Origin: Nemertoderma westbladi
Taxonomy: Eukaryota > Animalia > Xenacoelomorpha
DNA length: 64,000 bases
NCBI GenBank assembly: GCA_032718475.1
Contig: JAUCBJ010001783.1
Location: 5,677-69,676 of the forward strand
Direction: 5' to 3'
This document shows positions 43,918-55,800 of this stretch, piece by piece. Each line of letters starts with the position of its first letter. The first letter of the stretch is position 1. The translations under genes and the position numbers were made by a program. The notes under the pieces are model-generated. The model was not told where the DNA came from. It did not search any database and saw nothing but the letters and a program-made list of their open reading frames with translations.

Positions 43918-44126
43918 TTACCTATTAAGGGAAAGGAACAGGTTTCAGAGACGGCTTTTTTTTAACCAAAACGATAAACGATGTTGTTACCAAATGAGGG
44001 AAAGGAGCAGGTTCCAGAAACGGGTTTTTCTAACCGAAACAATAAACGATGTTGTTACCAATTGAGGCAAGGGAGCAGGTTACAGAGACGGATTTTTCTA
44101 ACCAAAACAATAAACGATGTTGTTAC
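43918..44126. repeat. ~66-bp tandem repeat, 3 imperfect copies
   Basis: gga(a/g)caggtt.caga.acgg.ttttt.taacc.aaac.ataaacgatgttgttac is repeated. Confidence 0.75.
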
Positions 44127-44617
44127 ACACAAAACACGAAAATCCAGACAGGAAAACACGCTAAATTTTATAGGCAACATTATTTGTAACAGAATGTAGT
44201 TGTCGCTCAATCGCGTTGTGTATACACAACTAACAAGTATACATAGATGCCCTCGTGCCTTTAGCCTTCTTCAATGTTAAAGGAAAATAAAGAAATTAAA
44301 AACATTGTTTCCATGGTAGACATGTTTTTTCAATGTTAGCACGCACTAAACAGTTCCTCTAATTAATTAGAAAACGTTAAAAAAATTTAGAGAATTTAGT
44401 AAAAGAACCAGATCTAACCCCACTAAATCGATTATTGCGTTTTGAATGCGCCCATAATTGTAATGTCATTTCATATCTAGTAACATATTTTGGAAACATT
44501 CTGGGTCTGTCGAGTAAATTTTGAGATTATACTCAAAATGTAGGGTCATAATACCTCCTACCTCTTACTGGGAAAGTCTTGTAGAGTCCTAATTTTTTTA
44601 CGCATTCCTTAAATTTC

Positions 44618-44868
44618 AAACAACACCAAACGTTGGTGCACAAAACCAAACGTTGGTGCACAACCAAACGTTGGTGCAAACTCCAAACTTTGGTGCACAA
44701 AACCAAACTTTGGTGCACAACACCAAACTTTGGTGCACAACACCAAACGTTGGTGCACAACACCAAACTCTGGTGCTCTTCACCAAACTTTGGTTAACAA
44801 CACCAAACTTTGGTGCACAAAACCAAACTTTGGTGAACAACACCAAACTTTCGTGCACAACACCTAAG
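44618..44868. repeat. 20-bp palindromic minisatellite (CACCAAACTTTGGTGCACAA)n
   Basis: About 12 imperfect copies; each unit contains the inverted pair caccaaa / tttggtg. Confidence 0.9.
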
Positions 44869-46005
44869 TTTTCGAATTTTATATTTGCTGATATGTATTC
44901 TTTTTCTAGTACGCTGAATCAAATCGAAATATTTTCGAAACTTGTATGAGGATATTTTATGGTTCACCAAAAATGGGGCGTGGCATAAAAAATCTACAAT
45001 GTTTATATTTTCTAAAGGTTTTCGAAATGGTTATTTTTCTTCCACTTTAAAGGGTTTATTTTCCCAACGCTAACACTTCCAAAAGACTTTAAGAACAAAA
45101 AAAATGGTGTGGCAGTTTTCATTAGAAATTATCGAATTATATATTTTGGACGCCGCGACAAATTAGGGAATTTAAAAATGACACACCCCCTTTAGTTTCA
45201 CGGTTTGAAAGTACCCCCCCCCCCCCCCCCCCCTTTTGCAATTTGGTGGTCCTGAAACATTTAACTTACTTTTCATGCAAATTTTCTTAAATAGTTAGTG
45301 GAATTTTAAAATTTGAAAAGTTTTGTGTCATTTGCCCCCCAAATACAACCCCAAATCGTAACATTTCAGTTGTAAAAAATATATTGGATGATAACAATTA
45401 TTAATGTACAAAAAAGTGGTAATAAAGTTAGATTATCTTCCCGATAGATCATATCTTCCCGAAGTAATATCAACGAGTGTGCAAGTAATTCACCCATACT
45501 CCTACATTTCGTTTGGTTGCCCAGGAAATAGACACATTAAACACACAGGAAAGATTACGAGCGTTGGAGAAATCACGTCAACGTTAAATATGGCGTGTTG
45601 GTGCGGCAGAAAACCAATTTCTTTATCGTGGACCGACATATAAATAATCTGTTATAACTTGTGACAGAATACAGATACTTATGAGTTCAGATGTTTAAGT
45701 TCTAAGTTAACAGAAGTTACTTGGTAATTTTGAAGTTCGAAGGTTGTTATTTTCATCATTTTGTAAGTAAAATAGAAAAAAATCTAAGACCCATAATATT
45801 TTTCTAAATGAAAATTAAACGTATTTCAAAAATGTAATTAACTATTTATTACGCATTGAATGTACGAATACGAACAATGTAATCATAGACTGAGAAATAT
45901 TAATTAAATATATTTAAAATAAGTTACAGAGTTCGATAAATGTTTCATAATTATTGTAAATTAAATAATTAATAAAATATTATAAAATTTTAGTCCGGTG
46001 TTTAT

Positions 46006-46381
46006 TTACTTGCGCCAATTCTGTGCCAATTTATGCATTTGTTCCATTAAGGCTGGGAATGTAGCCGCTACCGAGTACTCTATAAGTTTCTGCATATTGT
46101 GCACCGCCTGTTCGTCTGTCACCTCCAGGAAGAACTTATCCTGAACCTTCTTTACCGTTTTATCGGGCTCTATGGCGATATCCGGTACATTGGCGTCGAT
46201 CATTAGACTAAACAGGTTGAGTATCAGGTTGGCGTGACGACGTAGGTGCAGGAAGGCCGTGTAACAGAGTTTCTTAAACTCCTGGTAGGTTTCTGACTGC
46301 TGGCCCCCCATACCATCCACCATCTCCCTATTCAGTTTCATTGGTGGGGGTAACGGCTTAGAATCCCGACCCAATATATAA
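46006..46381 (-). CDS. PIK3C3: Vps34 / PI3K class III, exon 3 (kinase C-lobe to stop)
   Basis: [50 protein letters not shown]. Acceptor gttgtttag. Phase matches exon 2 (GG|T). Confidence 0.95.
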
Positions 46382-46804
46382 CTAAACAACAAATAGTTAC
46401 TATCAGTTTTTACTAGTAATAATTTAATATTAAATTATATTGCGTCAAATTAAATATACCATATTTACTTGAATAAGAGCCTGGGCGATTAAGTTTATAA
46501 ATTGCCAATTTGGGAGGCGTGGTTCTAACTTCTAGGGGGACCGTTTATGTTTATGTTCTAGAAATTCAGCGTTTTGAATCTAAATACCCTAAATAAAGAA
46601 TGTTGTAAAATTCAAGAAAACAAGTTAAGCAAATGAAATAATTCAAATAAAACCAGGATTATCTTTATTACAATGCAGCCTATTACAGCGGTACAACAAC
46701 CTAAGTTACATTTACCTTCTTTCTTAACAATCAGTTAACTCTTAACAATGTTACTATATTACTACTACAATATTATTTTTTTTACTAAATATAAAGAACC
46801 TAAC

Positions 46805-48725
46805 CCGAAATCAATGTGGAACAGCCGACCTCCTTTAGTCATGAGAAGGTTATCTAAATGTCGATCTCCTATACCGAGAATGTAGGTGATAACGCAATAA
46901 CCCGCGCAACTACGCACGTATGTATCCATAACGGAGGGTTGGACGCCGTAGAGCGAGCGTTCCGAGGGCGCGTGTTTCCTAAAGTAGGCGAGAATCCCTC
47001 CGTCCGACGCGAGGATCTCAGCGACAGCGGTCGACTCGACGAATTGGACGAACCCGTGTCGGGAACTCGTCGCTAATACTTTGTACGGCGTCAACTTAAG
47101 GTCGAGATTCTCTCTCTGCAGGAGTTTATCCATTAGCGATATTATCTGCAGGATGAGTTGATCTTGTCTGAGATCGTCGCCGACTTTAAAGATGGTGACG
47201 TATTTATCGAGAGATTCCGTCTCGAAAGTAAGTCGACTTGGCATCATCGCGCTCTTAAACATAGTCGCGTCGTCCGGGATAATCCGACGGACTCGGACCC
47301 TGGGATCCAACGGGAGCGGCAGCGGATCGAACAACGACAATCCCCCGATCTCGGGCCGATCCGCGTCTCTCCGGGTCCGCTCCGACTCCGGGTGCGTTCG
47401 ATCCCGCCGGCTCCGATCCGACTCCGGGGCCGTCCGATCCGACGCGTCCGCCAGCAGCGCCCGCAGCCGCTCCACCTTCCTGCCGCGATCGCCCCGCTCC
47501 CGGTGCGCCACGCCCACCACCTCGACCAGCGAGTCCACCAGCGAGCGCTGTCGGATCAGCAGCGTCCGCTGGAGGCGCAACGGGCGGGGCCCCGCGGCCA
47601 GGGTCGCATTGAACCGGTCCAGTAGCGCCCGGTACATCAGCGACGAGCCCCGCGAGGAGGTCTCCCCCTCCCCCGTCTCCACCAACAGGTACCAGAACAG
47701 GTAGTTACCCAACTCCGGGTTCCGGACGGCCCGGTCGATTAGAAAACTCGCCAATCCCATATGCGTATGGGAGGAATCCGCTTGGGGGCGCTGCGTAGTA
47801 CTCGGGATATCCGCGAGGGGGCACTGCGTACTAATAGATTCCGTTAGGGGGCGCTGTGTACTCTCGGAATCCACTAGAGGGCGCTGTGAATCAGACGATT
47901 CAGATAAATGGGTCGACTGAACGAGCGCGTCAGTAACACTCCCCCCTCCTGGGGGTCCCGAGGACTCCATCGAGGATTGCCGACTGACCGTTAGAGGGCG
48001 TGCGTGGCCATCGCCACCCTCGGGGACCTCGTACCGAAGGGCCTGCACCAACTGGAGGAGGTAGAGAAGGAGGTCGTCGTCCGTGGCCGACTGGAGTCGG
48101 GAGACGGCGTAGCAACGAACCGCCGGGTTGGTGAACCCAGGGGAGAGGAGTTCCAAGGCGTCGTCTACGTCCACCGGTTGCCATAGAGACAGGAGATGCA
48201 CGGCCTGGTCAACCTCCGAGGATTTATTCCAGTCGATAGACTTTAGGAACTTAGTGAGCGCTTTCTTCTGATTGGTTAAGTAGAATCGGAACTTCCAGAC
48301 GAGGTCCTTCTCCTCGGGGGTTAGCAGCTTGGCCGGGGGGTACTGGACGATCCTAGCGAGGGCGTCCCGACTCGCGAGGTTGGGTTTGGCCTCGCCCTGA
48401 CTGCCGGCCCCACTGCGGACCCCGCGCGCCAGTCTGTGGTGCTTCGCCTCGACGAGGTTCTCCTTCCCGATATCCGCGTCCGGCAGTCGGACCAGATCGT
48501 TGGTGGCCGCCGACGGCCCCGGGCTCGAGTCGGCCCCGCGCTCGAAGTAAACCACCGAGTGCTCGACGCCCTCGACTACGATCTTAGGGAACTCGATGGT
48601 CAGATACATCCGTTCCGATTGGCGCTTCTCGCGTTCATTTATCTGGGTGACCTCGCGGAAAGTCAGTCTGTCTAGCCAATCGTCGCCAACTAGATGTCCT
48701 TGTCTGCGTTTCTTACTGAGTTTAC
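46805..48725 (-). CDS. PIK3C3: Vps34 / PI3K class III, exon 2 (helical and kinase domains)
   Basis: DWLDRLTFRE, ENLVEAKH, LYLLQLVQALRYE, FKSAMMP, IFKVGDDLRQDQL, GIGDRHLDNL, HIDFG. Acceptor cctttactcag and donor gttagg. Confidence 0.95.
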
Positions 48726-49843
48726 CTGAGTAAAGGAGGGGAGTATTAATTATAGTTCCCCATAGATTATTGGTTTGCCTAATAAATAATACAGTAACCA
48801 AAACAATATAACAATTATAGTTAAATGTATTTATTTAGTCCTCTGTAAATTTACTTTATGTGCCGACAAATAAAACATAATTCAATAATATAATGATTTC
48901 CAATCACCAATCTTACATAACCGTCGAAGAATTCAAAATTACCATGTGTATGTAGTTAGACACAAGTCGCGGTTGCGCCATGGTAGCCAGGAATCTATTA
49001 AGGAATATTTTCCACATGATAAGCCGCTACTGTAAATCCGTAATTAGCAAACTAACAGGGTTTTGCGCGGATGAATTGCCCATTTTGAGATTCATTACTG
49101 ATTTTATCCTTTATTATTCGAGCTACTTGTTCAATTATCCAACAGCCAAAGATGACCGTGACCGAATTTTTAAATGAGCTTCTCGCACTAACTTAAAATA
49201 GAGACACTTTTAAACAACTATTTTAACAATTCACTTCACAGCCATCACCTTTTTTCAAATTTTAATCGAATGCTACGATATTAGGTATGATAATAGTTCA
49301 ACACTGTCTCTTACTGATGGCCTGGCCAGATTTTTAAATTCCCAACTTATTTCACTATCAATATAATTACATCTACCAATAATACACGTTCGCTGGTCCT
49401 TCGCGCAACACGAGGCTCAGTTATGAGATACAAATTAAAATTGAGCGATTCATCATAAAATCGGCATTTAAGAAACTTAACCAAACAGCCAATATATCAA
49501 AGATGAGGGGAAAGCCACCCACCCCCCCTCTTAATCTGCACCACCCCAACCCAAAGGCGCGCAGAGGATTGAGGAAAGGCAGACATTAATAGGAAAATCA
49601 AAATGGTGTATTAAAAGTAATATATTTTAGGCGCGGATGCAACCAAATTTGTAAGAACTATTAAAACTTACGTTATGCCGATAGTATTGATACTGAAACT
49701 TATTAAATTAATTATTAAATTAATTTACCATGTCAACGCGTCAACGGAATGACTTAACTAATTCTAAAGAATTACTATTAAATAACCAAGCCAATCATTT
49801 CGCGAAATAAACAATTAGCAAGCAGTCTTATTATTGGTGTGAT

Positions 49844-52800
49844 GAGTGGTTCCCAGCCAGGTAATAGCACCATTGCTGGAGTGGTGAGGTGGAGTGGTTC
49901 CCAGCCAGGTAATAGCACCATTGCTCGAGTGGTTAGGTGGGGTGGAGTGGTTCCCAGACAGGTAATAGCACCATTGCTCGAGTGGTGAGGTGGAGTGGCT
50001 CCCAGCCAGGCAATAGCACCATTGCTGGAGTGGTGAGGTGGAGTGGTTCCCAGCCAGGTAATAGCACCATTGCTGGAGTGGTGAGGTGGAGTGGTTCCCA
50101 GCCAGGTAATAGCACCATTGCTGGAGTGGTGAGGTGGAGTGGTTCCCAGCCAGGTAATAGCGCCATTGCTGGAGTGGTGAGGTGGAGTGGTTCCCAGCCA
50201 GGCAATAGCACCATTGCTCGAGTGGTGAGGTGGAGTGGTTCCCAGCCAGGTTATAGCACCAGTGCTCGAGTGGTGAGGTGGAGTGGTTCCCAGCCAGGTA
50301 ATAGCACCATTGCTGGAGTGGTGAGGTGGAGTGGTTCCCAGCCAGGAAATAGCACCATTGCTGGAGTGGTGAGGTGGAGTGGTTCCCAGCCAGGTAATAG
50401 CATCATTGCTGGCCAGGCAATAGCACCATTGCTCGAGTGGTGAGGTGGAGTGGTTCCCAGCCAGGTTATAGCACCAATGCTCGAGTGGTGAGGTGGAGTG
50501 GTTCCCAGCCAGGTAAAAGCACCATTGTTGGAGTGGTGAGGTGGAATGGTTCCCAGTCAGGTAATAGCACCAATGCACCATTGCTCGAGTGGTTAGGTGG
50601 GGTGGAGTGGTTCCCAGACAGGTAATAGCACCATTGCTCGAGTGGTTAGGTGGGGTGGAGTGGTTCCCAGCCAGGTAAAAGCACCATTGTTGGAGTGGTG
50701 AGGTGGAATGGTTCCCAGTCAGGTAATAGCAAAATTGCTGGAGTGGTGAGGTGGAGTGGTTCCCAGCCAGGTAAAAGCACCATTGCTGGAGTGGTGAGGT
50801 GGAATGGTCCCCAGTCAGGTAATAGCACCAATGCACCATTGCTCGAGTGGTTAGGTGGGGTGGAGTGGTTCCCAGACAGGTAATAGCACCATTGCTCGAG
50901 TGGTTAGGTGGGGTGGAGTGGTTCCCAGACAGGTAATAGCACCATTGCTCGAGTGGTGAGGTGGAGTGGCTCCCAGCCAGGCAATAGCACCATTGCTGGA
51001 GTGGTGAGGTGGAGTGGTTCCCAGCCAGGTAATAGCACCATTGCTGGAGTAGTGAGGTGGAGTGGTTCCCAGCCAGGTAATAGCACCATTGCTCGAGTGG
51101 TTAGGTGGGGTGGAGTGGTTCCCAGACAGGTAATAGCACCATTGTTCGAGTGGTTAGGTGGAATGGTTCCCAGCCAGGTAATAGCACCATTGCTGGAGTG
51201 GTGAGGTGGAGTGGTTACCAGCCAGGTAATAGCACCATTGCTCGAGTGGTTAGGTGGGGTGGAGTGGTTCCCAGACAGGTAATAGCACCATTGCTGGAGT
51301 GGTGAGGTGGAGTGGTTCCCAGCCAGGTAATAGCACCATTGCTGGAGTGGTGAGGTGGAATGGTTCCCAGCCAGGTAATAGCACCATTGCTGGAGTGGTG
51401 AGGTGGAGTGGTTCCCAGCCAGGCAATAGCACCATTGCTCGAGTGGTGAGGTGGAGTGGTTCCCAGCCAGGTATTAGCACCATTGCTGGAGTGGCGAGGT
51501 GGAATGGTTCCCAGCCAGGTAATAGCACCATTGCTGGAGTGGTGAGGTGGAGTGGTTCCCAGCCAGGTTATAGCACCAGTGCTCGAGTGGTGAGGTGGAG
51601 TGGTTCCCAGCCAGGTAAAAGCACCATTGCTGGAGTGGTGAGGTGGAATGGTTCCAGCAGGTAATAGCACCATTGCTCGAGTGGTGAGGTGGAGTGGTTC
51701 CCAGCCAGGTAAAAGCACCATTGCTGGAGTGGTGAGGTGGAGTGGTTCCCAGCCAGGTAAAAGCACCATTGCTGGAGTGGTGAGGTGGAATGGTTCCACA
51801 GGTAATAGCACCATTGCTCGAGTGGTGAGGTGGAGTGGTTCCCAGCCAGGCAATAGCACCATTGCTCGAGTGGTGAGGTGGAGTGGTTCCCAGCCAGGTT
51901 ATAGCACCAGTGCTCGAGTGGTGAGGTGGAGTGGTTCCCAGCCAGGTAAAAGCACCATTGCTGGAGTGGTGAGGTGGAATGGTTCCCAGTCAGGTAATAG
52001 CACCATTGCTCGAGTGGTGAGGTGGAGTGGTTCCCAGCCAGGTAATAGCACCATTGCTCGAGTGGTTAGGTGGGGTGGAGTGGTTCCCAGACAGGTAATA
52101 GCACCATTGCTCGAGTGGTGAGGTGGAGTGGTTCCCAGTCAGGTAATAGCACCATTGCTGGAGTGGTGAGGTGGAGTGGTTCCCAGCCAGGTAATAGCAC
52201 CATTGCTCGAGTGGTTAGGTGGGGTGGAGTGGTTCCCAGACAGGTAATAGCACCATTGCTCGAGTGGTTAGGTGGGGTGGAGTGGTTCCCAGCCAGGTAA
52301 TAGCACCATTGCTGGAGTGGTGACTGGTGAGGTGGAGTGGTTCCCAGCCAGGTAATAGCACCATTGCTCGAGTGGTTAGGTGGGGTGGAGTGGTTCCCAG
52401 ACAGGTAATAGCACCATTGCTGGAGTGGTGAGGTGGAGTGGTTCCCAGCCAGGCAATAGCACCATTGCTCGAGTGGTGAGGTGGAGTGGTTCCCAGCCAG
52501 GTAATAGCACCATTGCTGGGGTGGTGAGGTGGAGTGGTTCCCAGCCAGGTAATAGCACCATTGCTCGAGTGGTGAGGTGGAGTGGTTCCCAGCCAGGTAA
52601 TAGCACCATTGCTCGAGTGGTGAGGTGGAGTGGTTCCCAGCCAGGTAATAGCACCATTTCTCGAGTCGAGTGGTGAGGTGGAGTGGTTCCCAGCCAGGTA
52701 ATAGCACCATTGCTGGAGTGGTGAGGTGGAGTGGTTCCCAGCCAGGCAATAGCACCATTGCTCGAGTGGTGAGGTGGAGTGGTTCCCAGCCAGGTAATAG

Positions 52801-55800
52801 CTAGTGTTGAGAACTGAATCAATTTTGACTAATTTCAGTTACAGTTGCAGTTTCAGTATTCAAAGTTTTGCATTTCAGTTACAGTTGCAGTTTCAGTATT
52901 ACAAAGTGTAACATTTCAGTTACAGTTACAGTTTCAGTATTACAAAGTGTAACATTTCAGTTACAGTTACAGTTACAGTTTCAGTATTACAAAATTGAGC
53001 ATTTCAGTTTCAGTTACAGTTTCAGTTATAGATTCAATATATATGATCTCACGTAGTAAGCAGTCATCTGAAACTAAAAATGAGGCACTTTAATATATTA
53101 CTGTTATATACGCTAATAATAATGTTCATTACGAAACGTCCTCTTTCTAGAGCTAATAGGTAGTTGTTGTAGGAAAGTTGGACCCACTCTATGGTAATAT
53201 TTTGTAACTAATATAGGGCCTACTGATAGTACTGTATGTAATGAAAGTGGCGGTCACAAGATCAACTAAAGGCACCCACATTTTACTGTACATCTTGTTT
53301 CAGTGCTTGTACACTTATTGTTATCATTTATTGTTTTGGTTATAAAGCCATGGTTCTGAATCCTGCTCATTTTCCTTAATTCGTAATTTGTTTTAGTAAT
53401 CATATATTTATTGTTTTGGTTAGACCCACCTCGATAAGCTGCTCCTTTCACTTTTAAGTTTAATTTTGTAATTTATAATGGCAAACTTGATCAAAATTTA
53501 ATTTCCAGTGTGCCTCTAGTGTGATTGTGATATTAATAGTACCGGTAAAAACATTAATAATTAATAATGTAAAATCCGTTAATATCCCTCTACCATTAGG
53601 CCTAACTTTGTTTATCTAAAACATTTACATTTAATATGAAGCCAAAGTGGTGATAAGGCTGATAGGTGATAGTCTAATAGTTGAGACAGATAAACATAGA
53701 CTTTATGCTACTGTAGATCTTCGTTCACTAACTTGACTCGCCAAATAAATCACATTTGAGCTAAGTGGACAATGGGTCTTTGATTTTATATTGTGTAATA
53801 TTATGGTTTTGTTCAGATGTGGAAAAAACGAGATTGTTTTTTTTATAACAATGTTTTAAAAATGATACCTATGGTAACCACTGTTATTCATTTATTAAAC
53901 TATACTCTATACTTTATTACAATACTGTTTTAAATGCTCATTCATGTTAATTGTGTGGTTGAGAACTGAATCGGATTTTGTTAATTTCAGTTTCAGTTAC
54001 AGTTACAGTATTCAAAATTCGTAATTACAGTTTCAGTTACAGTTACAGTATTCAAAATTCGCAATTACAGTTACAGTTATAGTTACAGTATCAAAAAAAT
54101 CATCAAAACCATTCAGTTACAGTTGCAGTTACAGTATAATTACAGTTACAGTTCTCAACACTAGTAATAGCACCATTGCTGGGGTGGTGAGGTGGAGTGG
54201 TTCCCAGCCAGGTAAAAGCACCATTGCTCGAGTGGTGAGGTGGAGTGGTTCCCAGCCAGGTAATAGCACCATTGCTGGGGTGGTGAGGTGGAGTGGTTCC
54301 CAGCCAGGTAATAGCACCATTGCTCGAGTGGTTAGGTGGGGTGGAGTGGTTCCCAGACAGGTAATAGCACCATTGCTGGAGTGGTGAGGTGGAGTGGTTC
54401 CCAGCCAGGTAATAGCACCATTGCTGGAGTGGTGAGGTGGAATGGTTCCCAGCCAGGTATTAGCACCATTGCTGGAGTGGCGAGGTGGAATGGTTCCCAG
54501 CCAGTTAATAGCACCATTGCTGGAGTGGTGAGGTGGAGTGGTTCCCAGCCAGGCAATAGCACCATTGCTCGAGTGGTGAGGTGGAGTGGTTCCCAGCCAG
54601 GTTATAGCACCAGTGCTCGAGTGGTGAGGTGGAGTGGTTCCCAGCCAGGTAATAGCACCATTGCTGGAGTGGTGAGGTGGAGTGGTTCCCAGCCAGGTAA
54701 AATCACCATTGCTGGAGTGGTGAGGTGGAGTGGTACCCAGCCAGGTAATAGCACCATTGCTGGAGTGGTGAGGTGGAATGGTTCCCAGTCAGGTAATAGC
54801 ACCATTGCTCGAGTGGTGAGGTGGAGTGGTTCCCAGCCAGGCAATAGCAATAGCACCATTGCTCGAGTGGTGAGGTGGAGTGGTTCCCAGCCAGGTAATA
54901 GAACCATTGCTGGAGTGGTGAGGTGGAGTGGTTTCCAGCCAGGTAATAGCACCATTGCTCGAGTGGTGAGGTGGAGTGGTTCCCAGCCAGGCAATAGCAC
55001 CATTGCTCGAGTGGTGAGGTGGAGTGGTTCCCAGCCAGGTAATAGCACCATTGCTGGAGTGGTGAGGTGGAGTGGTTCCCAGCCAGGTAATAGCACCATT
55101 GCTGGAGTGGTGAGGTGGAGTGGTTACCAGCCAGGTAATAGCACCATTGCTCGAGTGGTTAGGTGGGGTGGAGTGGTTCCCAGACAGGTAATAGCACCAT
55201 TGCTGGAGTGGTGAGGTGGAGTGGTTCCCAGCCAGGTAATAGCACCATTGCTGGAGTGGTGAGGTGGAATGGTTCCCAGCCAGGTAATAGCACCATTGCT
55301 GGAGTGGTGAGGTGGAGTGGTTACCAGCCAGGTAATAGCACCATTGCTCGAGTGGTTAGGTGGGGTGGAGTGGTTCCCAGACAGGTAATAGCACCATTGC
55401 TGGAGTGGTGAGGTGGAGTGGTTCCCAGCCAGGCAATAGCACCATTGCTCGAGTGGTGAGGTGGAGTGGTTCCCAGCCAGGTATTAGCACCATTGCTGGA
55501 GTGGCGAGGTGGAATGGTTCCCAGCCAGGTAATAGCACCATTGCTGGAGTGGTGAGGTGGAGTGGTTCCCAGCCAGGTTATAGCACCAGTGCTCGAGTGG
55601 TGAGGTGGAGTGGTTCCCAGCCAGGTAAAAGCACCATTGCTGGAGTGGTGAGGTGGAATGGTTCCGCAGGTAATAGCACCATTGCTCGAGTGGTGAGGTG
55701 GAGTGGTTCCCAGCCAGGTAAAAGCACCATTGCTGGAGTGGTGAGGTGGAGTGGTTCCCAGCCAGGTAAAAGCACCATTGCTGGAGTGGTGAGGTGGAAT

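Noticed and set aside
46858-48675. Several + strand ORFs of 60-170 aa
   Set aside because: They are antisense to GC-rich Vps34 exon 2, where stop codons are scarce.
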